Below, one piece after another: positions 8,560 to 17,327 of a DNA stretch of 64,000 nucleotides. Numbering within the stretch: the stretch's first letter is position 1; every line of letters begins with the position of its first letter. This DNA is from an uncultured Christensenella sp. (GTDB taxonomy: Bacteria > Bacillota > Clostridia > Christensenellales > UBA3700), in contig CAJTKI010000001.1 of assembly GCA_910576875.1 (NCBI GenBank), forward strand, positions 350-64,349. The letters run 5' to 3'. The notes under the pieces were generated by a model, which was given only the letters and a program-made list of their open reading frames with translations, was not told where the DNA came from and did not search any database. The position numbers and the translations under genes were made by a program.

Positions 8560-9930
8560 TTATTCGTTCTCCTTTTGTAGTCGCTCGATTGCGCGCCGCG
8601 CCGCCTGCGTCAACGGCTCGCGTTCGTTGGGCAGATTCTGCATCACGCACATACGCCACAACGCGTCCAACGTTTCGCCGATTTGTTTGCCCCGCGCGCC
8701 GATCGTCGCAAGCGCGTCGCCGTCGATCGCGAGCTGTCGCGGATCGAGCGGAACGCCGTCCGCAACCATATCCGCATACGTTTTGAGCATACGCGCCGCA
8801 AAATCCGACTCGTCCGTCGCATATCCGGTCGCCCGCGCGTCCGCGCGCATCAATGCCGCAAGATCTTGCAGAATATCGCGGTTTTGCGCGCAAAACACGC
8901 GCAATTTGCTCTCTCGAATATCGCGCTTGATCGCCAGCATGTGCGCGGCGACCAATCGCGTCACGCGTTGGATCTCCCGTTTGGGATACCGATACCGCGT
9001 CAGGATCTCGCACGTCAACCGCGCGCCTTCTTCCGCATGCCGATAGCAGTTGCCGTCGCGCGCCATGCACGGCGGTTTGCCCACATCGTGCAGCAACGCC
9101 GCCAGTCGCGCCGACCGCGGCGCGTATGCGCATGCGCGTATGCTGTGTTCGAGCACGTCGTAACGGTGATATTGCGGATTCTGCGCCAATCCGTCTCCCG
9201 CGCTCAGTTCGGGCAACACGCGCGCCAGCATGCCGGTATCGCGCATCGTACGCAGCGCGTCCGCGACGAAATCGCCGTCCAACAGATATTCCAGTTCCGC
9301 CGCGATGCGCTCCGGCGAAATATCGTCGAGCCGATCGCACAGCCGACACGCCGCGTCGTACGTGCGCGGCGCGATCCGAAATCCCAATCTCGATTGAAAT
9401 CTCGCCAAGCGCATCAACCGCAATCCGTCTTCGGACAATACCCGATCCGGATCGTCCGCACAATCGAGCACGCGCGCTTCGATGTCCGCGACGCCGCCCG
9501 TCGGATCGACGATCTCGTCGCGCCGAATATCGTAATAGATCGCGTTGCATCGAAAATCTCTGCGCCGCGCGTCCAACGTAAGATCGTCGGTAAACCGCAC
9601 TTGCAACGGCGCATGCGCGCCGCTGTCCGTCGGATAACTGTCGATCCGAAACGCCGTATACTCGTAGCGTCGCTCTCCGACGACGATCACCGTACCCAGA
9701 CGCGGACTGGCGGGTTTGATCCCGAACGGCGTATCCGCAAGACACGCCTGCAAACGCTCCGGCGGCAACGCGCTTGCCAGATCGATATCGGGATCGTCCG
9801 CGACCGCGCCCAGCAACGCCTGTCGCACCAATCCGCCGACGACATACAACGGCGCGTCCTGCGGAAAATACGACGCAAGCCGCCGCAGTTCGTCCGGAAT
9901 GTATTGCGCGATCGATTGCGATTCGATCAT
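8560..9930 (-). CDS. cca: CCA tRNA nucleotidyltransferase with HD domain
   Basis: Motifs YVVGGLVRQ, DIDLAS and RRRDFRCNAIYYD (class II NTase), followed by an HD region (ALLHDVGKP). AGGAG SD lies 9 nt upstream. Confidence 0.85.
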   Translation of the reverse strand: MIESQSIAQYIPDELRRLASYFPQDAPLYVVGGLVRQALLGAVADDPDIDLASALPPERLQACLADTPFGIKPASPRLGTVIVVGERRYEYTAFRIDSYPTDSGAHAPLQVRFTDDLTLDARRRDFRCNAIYYDIRRDEIVDPTGGVADIEARVLDCADDPDRVLSEDGLRLMRLARFQSRLGFRIAPRTYDAACRLCDRLDDISPERIAAELEYLLDGDFVADALRTMRDTGMLARVLPELSAGDGLAQNPQYHRYDVLEHSIRACAYAPRSARLAALLHDVGKPPCMARDGNCYRHAEEGARLTCEILTRYRYPKREIQRVTRLVAAHMLAIKRDIRESKLRVFCAQNRDILQDLAALMRADARATGYATDESDFAARMLKTYADMVADGVPLDPRQLAIDGDALATIGARGKQIGETLDALWRMCVMQNLPNEREPLTQAARRAIERLQKENE

Positions 9931-9978
9931 ACGCGTTGTCTCCTGTCGCAGTATGTCATATTTGCAAAATTCCTTCGA

Positions 9979-10503
9979 TTATTCCGTTTCCAGCACCGCC
10001 AGATACGGAAGATTGCGGTAACGCTGCGCATAGTCGAGTCCGTAACCGACGACAAACGCGTCCGGAATCGTAAACCCGACATAATCTCCCTGAATCTCCG
10101 TCTCCCGTCTGGACGGCTTATCCAACAGCGTCGCAACCCGAACGGACGCCGGATTGCGCGCGCGCAAAACTCCGGTCAACGCCGCGATCGTACGCCCGCT
10201 GTCGATGATGTCTTCGACGATCAACACGTCTTTGCCGGCAACGTCGTGCGACAAATCCTGGCGGATGCGCACGTTGCCCGACGAAACGGTCGCGTTTTCG
10301 TAACTCGAAACCGACATCGTATCCAACTGCACCGGCAACTCGATCGCGCGAATCAAATCGGCGCAAAAGACGATCGACCCTTTGAGCACGCAGACGACGT
10401 ACAAAGATTTACCGCAATAATCCCGCGTGATTTGCGCGCCCATCTGCGCGACGCGCGCCGCAATCGTCTCGCGGTCAAGATAAATTTCCCGTATCCGTTC
10501 CAT
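9979..10503 (-). CDS. hpt: Hypoxanthine phosphoribosyltransferase
   Basis: 174 aa with the PRPP loop VLIVEDIIDSGRTI and CVLKGSIVFCADLIRA. It sits immediately downstream of tilS, as in Bacillus. Confidence 0.95.
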   Translation of the reverse strand: MERIREIYLDRETIAARVAQMGAQITRDYCGKSLYVVCVLKGSIVFCADLIRAIELPVQLDTMSVSSYENATVSSGNVRIRQDLSHDVAGKDVLIVEDIIDSGRTIAALTGVLRARNPASVRVATLLDKPSRRETEIQGDYVGFTIPDAFVVGYGLDYAQRYRNLPYLAVLETE

Positions 10504-11797
10504 AGACTTTTTCTCCCGTATCCGTTACGCATACCCATACGCATTCCGCTTGCGCGTCGGGGCGCTCTGTATATGCCGCCCGCGCGTCCAACACCGCGAG
10601 CACGCGCCCGTTCGCTACGACGACGGGTATGCGTTGGCGCAAGCGCAAAGGCAACTTGCGTTCGCTCAAAAAATCCGCGAGCGATTTGCTTCCGTCTCCG
10701 ATCCGCAGTCGGTCGCCCCGCCGCGGCGTGCGCACCGTCGCGTCCGTCAACGCCTTGCGATCGAGTCGGGTAGCGTACGCGCAATCTTGCTCGCATGCGC
10801 CGATCGAGACCGTACGACCACCCAATCCGCACCGCAGTCCTTCCTGCGCCGCGTATTCGCGCAAATCGGGTTCGCTGCGCGGCGCAATCGCCACCGTATC
10901 GTACTGGCGATACGCGACCGCCGCGCCGCCCTGATCGACTTTGCTGCCCGCGCGCGCCGTCGCCAAAGCGACGATCGCGTCGATCTGCGCCGCATGCACA
11001 TCCGTCTGCGCGCCCGTCAACCGCAACGCCCGCGCCACCGCATAACTCGCCCACGGACTGTTTTGCATCCACTGCGCATCGATGACGATCGCATCTTCTT
11101 CGCGGACGGGATCGCCCAGTTCGCGCTCGATCGCGTCGACCAGCCCGACGATCTTTTCGCCCAATTGCGCGATATGCTCGCCCGCCTTGGGATACAGCGT
11201 CTCCATACGCGGCAAAACCTCGTGCCGCAGATGATTGCGCGTATAATCGATCTGCGCATTGCTCGCGTCGTCGCGATATTCGATCTTGTTGCGCGCCGCG
11301 TATTCGTCGATCTGCGCGCGCGTCGCGCCGAGCATCGGGCGCATGATCGCGCCGTCGTCCGTACGCATGCCCTGCAAACCGTACAAGCCGCAACCGCGCA
11401 TCATGTGCATCAAAATGCTCTCCGCGCGATCGTCCGCGTGATGCGCCGTCAATACGCGCTCCGCATCGCCGCTCGCAATCAAGTCGGCAAATATCGCGCG
11501 CCGCATCTGTCTCGCGCCCTGTTCGATCCCGACGCGCTCGCGCGCGCAATACGCGCGGACGTCGCAACGATGCACGCGACATTCCAGTCCGTACCGCTCG
11601 CACGCGCTGCGTACGAGTCGTTCGTCCGCATCGCTCTCCGCGCCGCGCAGCTCGTGATGCACGTGAACGACAAACGCGTCGCACGGCGAAAACCGCGCAA
11701 ACGCGTCAAGCATGCACATACTGTCCCGCCCGCCGCTGACGGCAAGCGCGACGCGACGCATCTGCGAAAGACGGGCGCAAATCTCCGATCCGAACAT
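10475..11797 (-). CDS. tilS: tRNA(Ile)-lysidine synthetase
   Basis: PP-loop motif VALAVSGGRDSMCML. tilS-hpt synteny. There is no SD, and a promoter -10 lies 6 nt upstream of the ATG (see findings). Confidence 0.9.
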   Translation of the reverse strand: MFGSEICARLSQMRRVALAVSGGRDSMCMLDAFARFSPCDAFVVHVHHELRGAESDADERLVRSACERYGLECRVHRCDVRAYCARERVGIEQGARQMRRAIFADLIASGDAERVLTAHHADDRAESILMHMMRGCGLYGLQGMRTDDGAIMRPMLGATRAQIDEYAARNKIEYRDDASNAQIDYTRNHLRHEVLPRMETLYPKAGEHIAQLGEKIVGLVDAIERELGDPVREEDAIVIDAQWMQNSPWASYAVARALRLTGAQTDVHAAQIDAIVALATARAGSKVDQGGAAVAYRQYDTVAIAPRSEPDLREYAAQEGLRCGLGGRTVSIGACEQDCAYATRLDRKALTDATVRTPRRGDRLRIGDGSKSLADFLSERKLPLRLRQRIPVVVANGRVLAVLDARAAYTERPDAQAECVWVCVTDTGEKVYGTDTGNLS

Positions 11798-11803
11798 AGT
11801 TAT

Positions 11804-11832
11804 ATTATATCGGAATTTACCCCGAAAAGCAA
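11804..11832 (-). promoter_or_regulatory. Sigma-A-like promoter TTGCTT-17-TATAAT, 6 nt upstream of the tilS ATG
   Basis: The minus strand reads caTTGCTTttcggggtaaattccgaTATAATataactATG. Confidence 0.45.
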
Positions 11833-11860
11833 TGCTTTTTACGTCCGCGCCGTGCGCGCG

Positions 11861-14173
11861 TTATACAAACGGGAATATCCGGAATGCGACCGCGCTCGCG
11901 TCGTCCTGCAAACCTTTGCGCTCTGCCTGACGCAGCAATTCGTCGGCAAGCGTCTGGGGATTGAGCGTACCGATCTGATCGACGATCAGTTTGACGCCGT
12001 CTTCGGTCAGCGCGTCGACGATGCCGTCCGATACGAGCACGACCATATCGCCCGGTTGCAACAGTTCTCTGCGCACCTGCGGACGCGCTTCTTCGACGAT
12101 GCCGATCGGCAACGCCTGCGACGGAATGATCTGCACGTCCGTATCCCGACGGATAAAGCTCATGACTCCGCCCAGTTTGACAAAGTCCACCGTTGCATTG
12201 TCCAGATCCACGACGCACAAATCGAGCGCGCTGAACCGCTCCTGCCCCATATCGACGAGCAAACGGTTGACCAATGCGATCGAACGCGCGTTGTCCAAAC
12301 CCGCCTTGTAAAAATTGCAAATCATATCGAGCGTCGCGCGACTGGACTGCTCCGCCTGCGCGCCCGATCCCATACCGTCGCAAATGCCGACCAAAGAGCG
12401 GTTTGCGCGCATGCGCGTGACCGACACGCTGTCGCCGCTCGCATCGCTGCCCGGCTTGGTAAATTGACTGCTCCCGAACGTCATATCGAATTTGGGCGCC
12501 GTCGCATAATGCACGCACACCCGATCCGCCGACAACGCGCGCGCCGCTTCGCATTCGATCAGGCGCACGCCGAGCACTTGTTGGGCGGTCTCGCGCACCG
12601 ACGGTTTGGCGGCGTCCTGCGTGCGGACGACTAAGAATATCTCTTGCGCCTGTTGCTTGGCAATCACGGTAACTTCGCTGCACACGACGTTGTGATAACG
12701 CAGTTCCTCGCTCATCCGATCGGCAAGCGCGCGATCGACGCTGACCGCGCCTTCGACGTCGCATGCAAACTCCCCGAGCACGCTCCCCACGCCCGCCAGT
12801 TGCGCGGACATCATCGCCCGATCGCGATCGAACGCCTGCCCGCTTTCTCTGCGCGCATGATACGCTGCGACGAGCGAATTGCAGTTGGCGAGCAACGCCG
12901 GAATCCGAATACAACGCGCATGCAGAAAGTTGGGCACGTCGTCGAGCATCGCCCGTCCCGTGCGCAACGCGCTGTCCACGATGCTTTCCATCACGCTTGC
13001 CGTCTGCCCGCCGAGCGCCTGCATGCATTCGGCGCGTCGTTCGCAATTGACGCAAGTTTTGCTCGCCAACTCCTGCGCCAGCGGCGCAAGCGCGCGATCC
13101 GGTTCGGGGACGATCCCGCTGCAAGAGCCGTATGCATCCGCCATTTCGTAAAACACGCGCGACACGAGCAATAAGCGTTCGGATAAATCGCGTTTGGTAT
13201 GCGACATCCAGTTGCGCGCGCCGATCGTACCGTCCGTAGGACGATAATCGGGCAATTTTTCGCGCGCGCGTTTGGGCAATACCGCATAGCACAGGATTCC
13301 GATCCCGAACGCCAACGGATGCTTCCAATCATACCCGCCGAAACACCCGAAATAAATGCCGACCAACACGTCCGCCAACAGGATCGCCGCCAATGTCAAC
13401 CACATGCCGCCTTTGGGCAGACGGACAAACGGCGCGCCGATCAAACAAATCGCAACCGCGCCGCCGGCAACGGATAAATCTTTTGTCGCAATCGCGCCGC
13501 CGAGCGCTACGCCGAACGACAACAGAATCGCTCCCGCCGCGGGCATATGCAATACGCCGTAGACGATTGCCGCCGCCAATACGATCCAGTACGGACGAAA
13601 TCCGCCCCACTGCACCCGATACAATCCCCAGCCCAATATCGCGAGCAATACGATGCCGCCGACTTTTTCGTCCGCGCTCAACCTGTGCCGCACGCCGCGC
13701 ACGAGCACGCCGTAACAGACGATCGTCGCAAAGTATGCAAACGCGATCGACAGCACAGTCGTAACCGCCGACCAGACCGGATGCACGAGAATCGCCTGTA
13801 CGACTGCGACGACGGCGATGACCGCGGCGTGATAGAGTTGTACTTCCCACGCTTTGAGCGGACGCGCGAGCTTGTCGTATACCAATCGCACCGTCGTCAG
13901 CACGAGTACCGGCAACGCCGCGTACACGATGCCGCCGATCGAACAATCCGCCAACAGACATCCCGCGATGTACATCGGCGCGAGCAACCAGACATATCCG
14001 CGGCTGTATACCAATCCGGCATACAGCCCCGCGGCAAAGCCGAACGGCATCTCCGGCAGTCTTGCGCGCGCGGCAAAATAAAACAACAGCATCGTTGCCA
14101 GATATTTCGGAATGGATTTGGGAGATGGGAACGTCGTATTCATGCTCCCAGTATAAAGCCCGCGGCGACGCAT
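11861..14173 (-). CDS. spoIIE: Stage II sporulation protein E (PP2C phosphatase with polytopic N-domain)
   Basis: 770 aa with about 10 N-terminal TM helices and a C-terminal PP2C domain (SGDSVSVTRM...VGICDGMGSGAQAEQSS...VLVSDGIVDA). It lies upstream of tilS-hpt. The start is uncertain (14173 or 14143; weak SD for both). Confidence 0.9.
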   Translation of the reverse strand: MRRRGLYTGSMNTTFPSPKSIPKYLATMLLFYFAARARLPEMPFGFAAGLYAGLVYSRGYVWLLAPMYIAGCLLADCSIGGIVYAALPVLVLTTVRLVYDKLARPLKAWEVQLYHAAVIAVVAVVQAILVHPVWSAVTTVLSIAFAYFATIVCYGVLVRGVRHRLSADEKVGGIVLLAILGWGLYRVQWGGFRPYWIVLAAAIVYGVLHMPAAGAILLSFGVALGGAIATKDLSVAGGAVAICLIGAPFVRLPKGGMWLTLAAILLADVLVGIYFGCFGGYDWKHPLAFGIGILCYAVLPKRAREKLPDYRPTDGTIGARNWMSHTKRDLSERLLLVSRVFYEMADAYGSCSGIVPEPDRALAPLAQELASKTCVNCERRAECMQALGGQTASVMESIVDSALRTGRAMLDDVPNFLHARCIRIPALLANCNSLVAAYHARRESGQAFDRDRAMMSAQLAGVGSVLGEFACDVEGAVSVDRALADRMSEELRYHNVVCSEVTVIAKQQAQEIFLVVRTQDAAKPSVRETAQQVLGVRLIECEAARALSADRVCVHYATAPKFDMTFGSSQFTKPGSDASGDSVSVTRMRANRSLVGICDGMGSGAQAEQSSRATLDMICNFYKAGLDNARSIALVNRLLVDMGQERFSALDLCVVDLDNATVDFVKLGGVMSFIRRDTDVQIIPSQALPIGIVEEARPQVRRELLQPGDMVVLVSDGIVDALTEDGVKLIVDQIGTLNPQTLADELLRQAERKGLQDDASAVAFRIFPFV

Positions 14174-14176
14174 AAC

Positions 14177-14196
14177 GTGTCCGATCGTGTCCGAAC
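14177..14196. repeat. Tandem 10-bp repeat GTGTCCGATC GTGTCCGAAC in the 36-bp spacer upstream of spoIIE
   Basis: Read directly from the sequence. Confidence 0.8.
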
Positions 14197-14209
14197 GCGT
14201 CGGATTTTG

Positions 14210-14872
14210 TCAATCGCGCGCGCCTTCCAACGTAAACGGCACTTGCGCGATTCGATACGGCGCATCGATATGCGGACGTTTGAAAAAGGGGCGCAACTTG
14301 CCGCACTCGACTTGCTCGACGACGCCGTCCGAGCGAATGCAGACGCTCGCGTCGTCGAAATCCGCAATCGTCTGACATCCGCAGCCGATCGCGGCGGCAC
14401 GCGCGCAAGCCACGTCCGCGCCGTTGCAGTATGCGCGACTGAGCAGATACAACCGCGACACCTGTCCCGCAAACGGCTCCCACAACTGCGGATACCGAAT
14501 ATCCTGTCCGACCGATATGCCGACGATGCCGCGCGGCAAACGATATGCGCGCAATTCCCGCCCTGCGCGCACATCCGCCGTCGGGCGCACCGCGTCGCTC
14601 ACGCCCAGCACGCTGCCGCGCGACAAAACCGCGACGCTCTCGTATACGCGTCCGTCCACACGCGCGCGCATCGGCAACAATACGTCGATCTCCATCTCCG
14701 CGGACAATCGCATCCAATCGCCCAACACGTGCGTCGTTCCGTCGTATTCCGCTCTCAAATCCACGTCTGCCGCGTCGTTCGCCGCGACGATTACGGTGTC
14801 TCCCCGCGCGGGAAGCGTGCTGTATTGGTGCAGAAATCCTTCGTATCCGACCCCGTGCAAGCTGTAAACCAT
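14210..14872 (-). CDS. Hypothetical protein, distantly carbon-nitrogen hydrolase-like
   Basis: 220 aa, with codon usage like its neighbours. GISVGQDIRYPQLWEPF resembles the G-x-x-I-C-Y-D-x-x-F-P-E block of nitrilase-superfamily enzymes, but Gly replaces the catalytic Cys. No SD seen. Confidence 0.45.
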   Translation of the reverse strand: MVYSLHGVGYEGFLHQYSTLPARGDTVIVAANDAADVDLRAEYDGTTHVLGDWMRLSAEMEIDVLLPMRARVDGRVYESVAVLSRGSVLGVSDAVRPTADVRAGRELRAYRLPRGIVGISVGQDIRYPQLWEPFAGQVSRLYLLSRAYCNGADVACARAAAIGCGCQTIADFDDASVCIRSDGVVEQVECGKLRPFFKRPHIDAPYRIAQVPFTLEGARD

Positions 14873-14974
14873 AGTGTATACTATGCCGCTTCCGCGCCGC
14901 GGGTGCCGCCCGATGGCAACGCAAATCGGCGACGCATTGCGCCGCCGACCGTTAAAAGCATCCTGGACGTTATT

Positions 14975-17326
14975 TTATTCGCCGACCGCGATGACGGTAT
15001 CGCCGCTCGCCTCGTAATAACCGCTCTTGCATACGCGCACGCGCACGCCGACGACTTGGGTGTCTTGCGGCAACTCTACCGCAAACTGCGTCGTCGAGCA
15101 TACGTTGTTGACCGTAACGCGTTCGCCGTTCTGAATCAGATCGAGCACGACCTGATACGACTGCGCCGTATCGACCGCCGCCCAGTTGACCGTCAACATA
15201 CCGCCGCGATACGTCGCGCTCGCGCCGTCCGCGGATACCTTGGCATGCGTGCCCGTCGTAACGTACGAGATCATTGCCTGTTTGGACGCGCGGATCTCGG
15301 CGATCTTGCTGTACGCGCTGACGCGAATGCCGTACGCGCCGACCGACGCGACCTGCGTGGTGATGTCGAATTCCACGCGTTCGGTATCGGTACGCTCGAC
15401 CGTCAGCGTCGTGCCGCCGATCACAATCTCGTAATAGTCCGCAAACGAAACGCTGTCGAACGACAGAATCACGGATTCGTTATTTTCGCCCGCACGATCG
15501 ACGCGCAGTTTGGACGGCGTATCCAACGTAATCGAATACGTGTAAACCGTCGCGATGCGTTCGCCGCTCAGATATACGATCGAACCGTCCGGATATTCTT
15601 CCAACTTGGCAAAATCGTACTGTCCCAGCGCACGCACGGAAATGCTGTGTCTGCCCGCGCCGCCTTGGCGCATCTTTTCGGTGATGTCCGTCTGCGGGAA
15701 CTCGTCCGTATTGGGATTGATCTGTATGACCACCGTCTGATCGTCGATCGTAAACTCGTATTCGGACGCTTGATTGACCTTGCCGCTGACTGCGTAGATT
15801 CTGCCGTCGGGACGTTCTTCGACGACCAAATCGCCCGGCATCGGGAACGTTTCCAGCGCAAGAATTTTGCCGCAACGGAACGCCTGATAGTCGCCCGCAT
15901 TGCTGCGATCGATCGCGAGCACGCCGATCTCTCGATACGAATTGCAATGATGCCCCTGCAACATCGCGACCTTAGCGCCGCCGACGATCTCGGTTTCGAT
16001 ACTGCCGGATACCTCCGCGCTGCTGTCCGCATCCAAATGCAACACGTGCAAGCGCGCTCCGGACGCAACCGCGACATGCGAACGCGTCAATTGCAGATCT
16101 CCGACGACATTCGCATTGACGTATGCGTCGCCGCAATTTTGAATTTCCAGTTTCGCGCCTTCCGCAACGCTGATGTTGCCGGAAAGTTTCACCGACTGTG
16201 CGCCCAGCACGATATCGGACGCGGCGCTTGCCGCTGCCAGCGATACCGATCCCGCCGTAACGCGAATGGTCTGCGCCTGTACGCTCGACAGGATCTTGAC
16301 GTCCGCATTGGGCGCGGAAATCTGCAAATCCCGTACGACAAGTGCGCCGCCTTCCACATATGCGCCTTTTGCGGTATTGCCCAGCGCAATCGCATCTTTG
16401 CTTCCGTCCGTCGCATATTTGAGCGTGCCGTTGACGGTCAACGTATGCGTATTGAAATCGATGCTCAGATTGCCGTACTGCGACAGATCCAAATCGCCGT
16501 CGACGACGACGTCTTCCGCGAGCACGTAATGATTGCCCTTGTCCACATTGGCAAAGTCCTCCGCGCCGTGCACCATGATTTTGTCTTTGTAGTGGAAATA
16601 AATCGGCAATGTAATCCCGAGCACGATGCCGACGATCAACAACACCGCAACGGCTCCGATCGCAATCGCTTTCTTCGCTTTGGGCGTCAAAGGTTTGCGC
16701 GGCTTGTTTTGCTCTTTCGCAACATATGTCGGCAATGCTTCGCGATCGGGTTCTTCGACCTGCTCCCGCGTGCTCGACTCCGCATCCCGTTCCGCATCGG
16801 ACGGCGCGGGATCTTCCGCAACTTCCGTTTGCGCGTCCTCTTGCGCGTCGTCGGTGATTTCGTCCGTTTGTTGATCCGTATCGAACGGCGCGGAACTTTC
16901 TGCGATTTCCTCGTCCGGCTCGTCTTGCATATCGTCTGCGATTTGTTCCGCATCAATCTGCTCGTCGTTTTCCGCAACTTCCGTCTGCGCGTCCTCTTGC
17001 GCTTCGTCTGCGATATCGTCCGTCGCGAACTCCGCGCTTTGCATTTTCACGTCGTCTTGCACATCGTCCGCGGTTTGATCCGCAACTTGCTTCGTATCGA
17101 TCTGCGCGTCGTTTTCCGCGACTTCGGCATCTTCTTGGACGTCGTCTACGGTTTCGTTCGCCGCTTGCGCCGCGTCGGTCTCCGCAAATGCTTGCGCATC
17201 TTCCGACGCTGCGTCGTCGGGCGCAACGTTTACGGATTCGTCCGCAGTTTGTCGAATGTCGAGTTCGAACGCTTCGCGCTCGCTCGTAAAGTTGCTTTCC
17301 GTATATTCGGTATCCGAGTCTCTCAT
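14975..17326 (-). CDS. Bitopic surface protein: acidic repetitive cytoplasmic N-tail, one TM, beta-helix-like plus Ig/FN3-like ectodomain
   Basis: 783 aa. A strong SD (GGGAGGA, 5-nt spacer) lies inside the upstream gene's 3' end, and the start is 1 nt after that gene's stop. The first ~215 aa are D/E/Q/A-rich repeats (DDAQEDAQTEVAE...). A basic patch (KPRKPLTPKAKK) and a TM helix (AIAIGAVAVLLIVGIVLGITL) follow. Confidence 0.8.
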   Translation of the reverse strand: MRDSDTEYTESNFTSEREAFELDIRQTADESVNVAPDDAASEDAQAFAETDAAQAANETVDDVQEDAEVAENDAQIDTKQVADQTADDVQDDVKMQSAEFATDDIADEAQEDAQTEVAENDEQIDAEQIADDMQDEPDEEIAESSAPFDTDQQTDEITDDAQEDAQTEVAEDPAPSDAERDAESSTREQVEEPDREALPTYVAKEQNKPRKPLTPKAKKAIAIGAVAVLLIVGIVLGITLPIYFHYKDKIMVHGAEDFANVDKGNHYVLAEDVVVDGDLDLSQYGNLSIDFNTHTLTVNGTLKYATDGSKDAIALGNTAKGAYVEGGALVVRDLQISAPNADVKILSSVQAQTIRVTAGSVSLAAASAASDIVLGAQSVKLSGNISVAEGAKLEIQNCGDAYVNANVVGDLQLTRSHVAVASGARLHVLHLDADSSAEVSGSIETEIVGGAKVAMLQGHHCNSYREIGVLAIDRSNAGDYQAFRCGKILALETFPMPGDLVVEERPDGRIYAVSGKVNQASEYEFTIDDQTVVIQINPNTDEFPQTDITEKMRQGGAGRHSISVRALGQYDFAKLEEYPDGSIVYLSGERIATVYTYSITLDTPSKLRVDRAGENNESVILSFDSVSFADYYEIVIGGTTLTVERTDTERVEFDITTQVASVGAYGIRVSAYSKIAEIRASKQAMISYVTTGTHAKVSADGASATYRGGMLTVNWAAVDTAQSYQVVLDLIQNGERVTVNNVCSTTQFAVELPQDTQVVGVRVRVCKSGYYEASGDTVIAVGE
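16815..17150. repeat. Diverged intragenic repeats encoding the acidic tail
   Basis: A 38-mer tccgcaacttccgtYtgcgcgtcctcttgcgcKtcgtc occurs at 16815 and 16971 (36/38 identical, 156 bp apart). A more diverged copy lies near 17115. Confidence 0.8.
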
Positions 17327-17327
17327 G

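Noticed and set aside
14174-14213. Spo0A boxes or a sigma-A promoter for spoIIE in the short upstream spacer
   Set aside because: TGTCCGAA and TTCGGACA are off by an insertion or mismatch from TGNCGAA. A TTGACA at 14208-14213 has no acceptable -10 at 17-21 bp.
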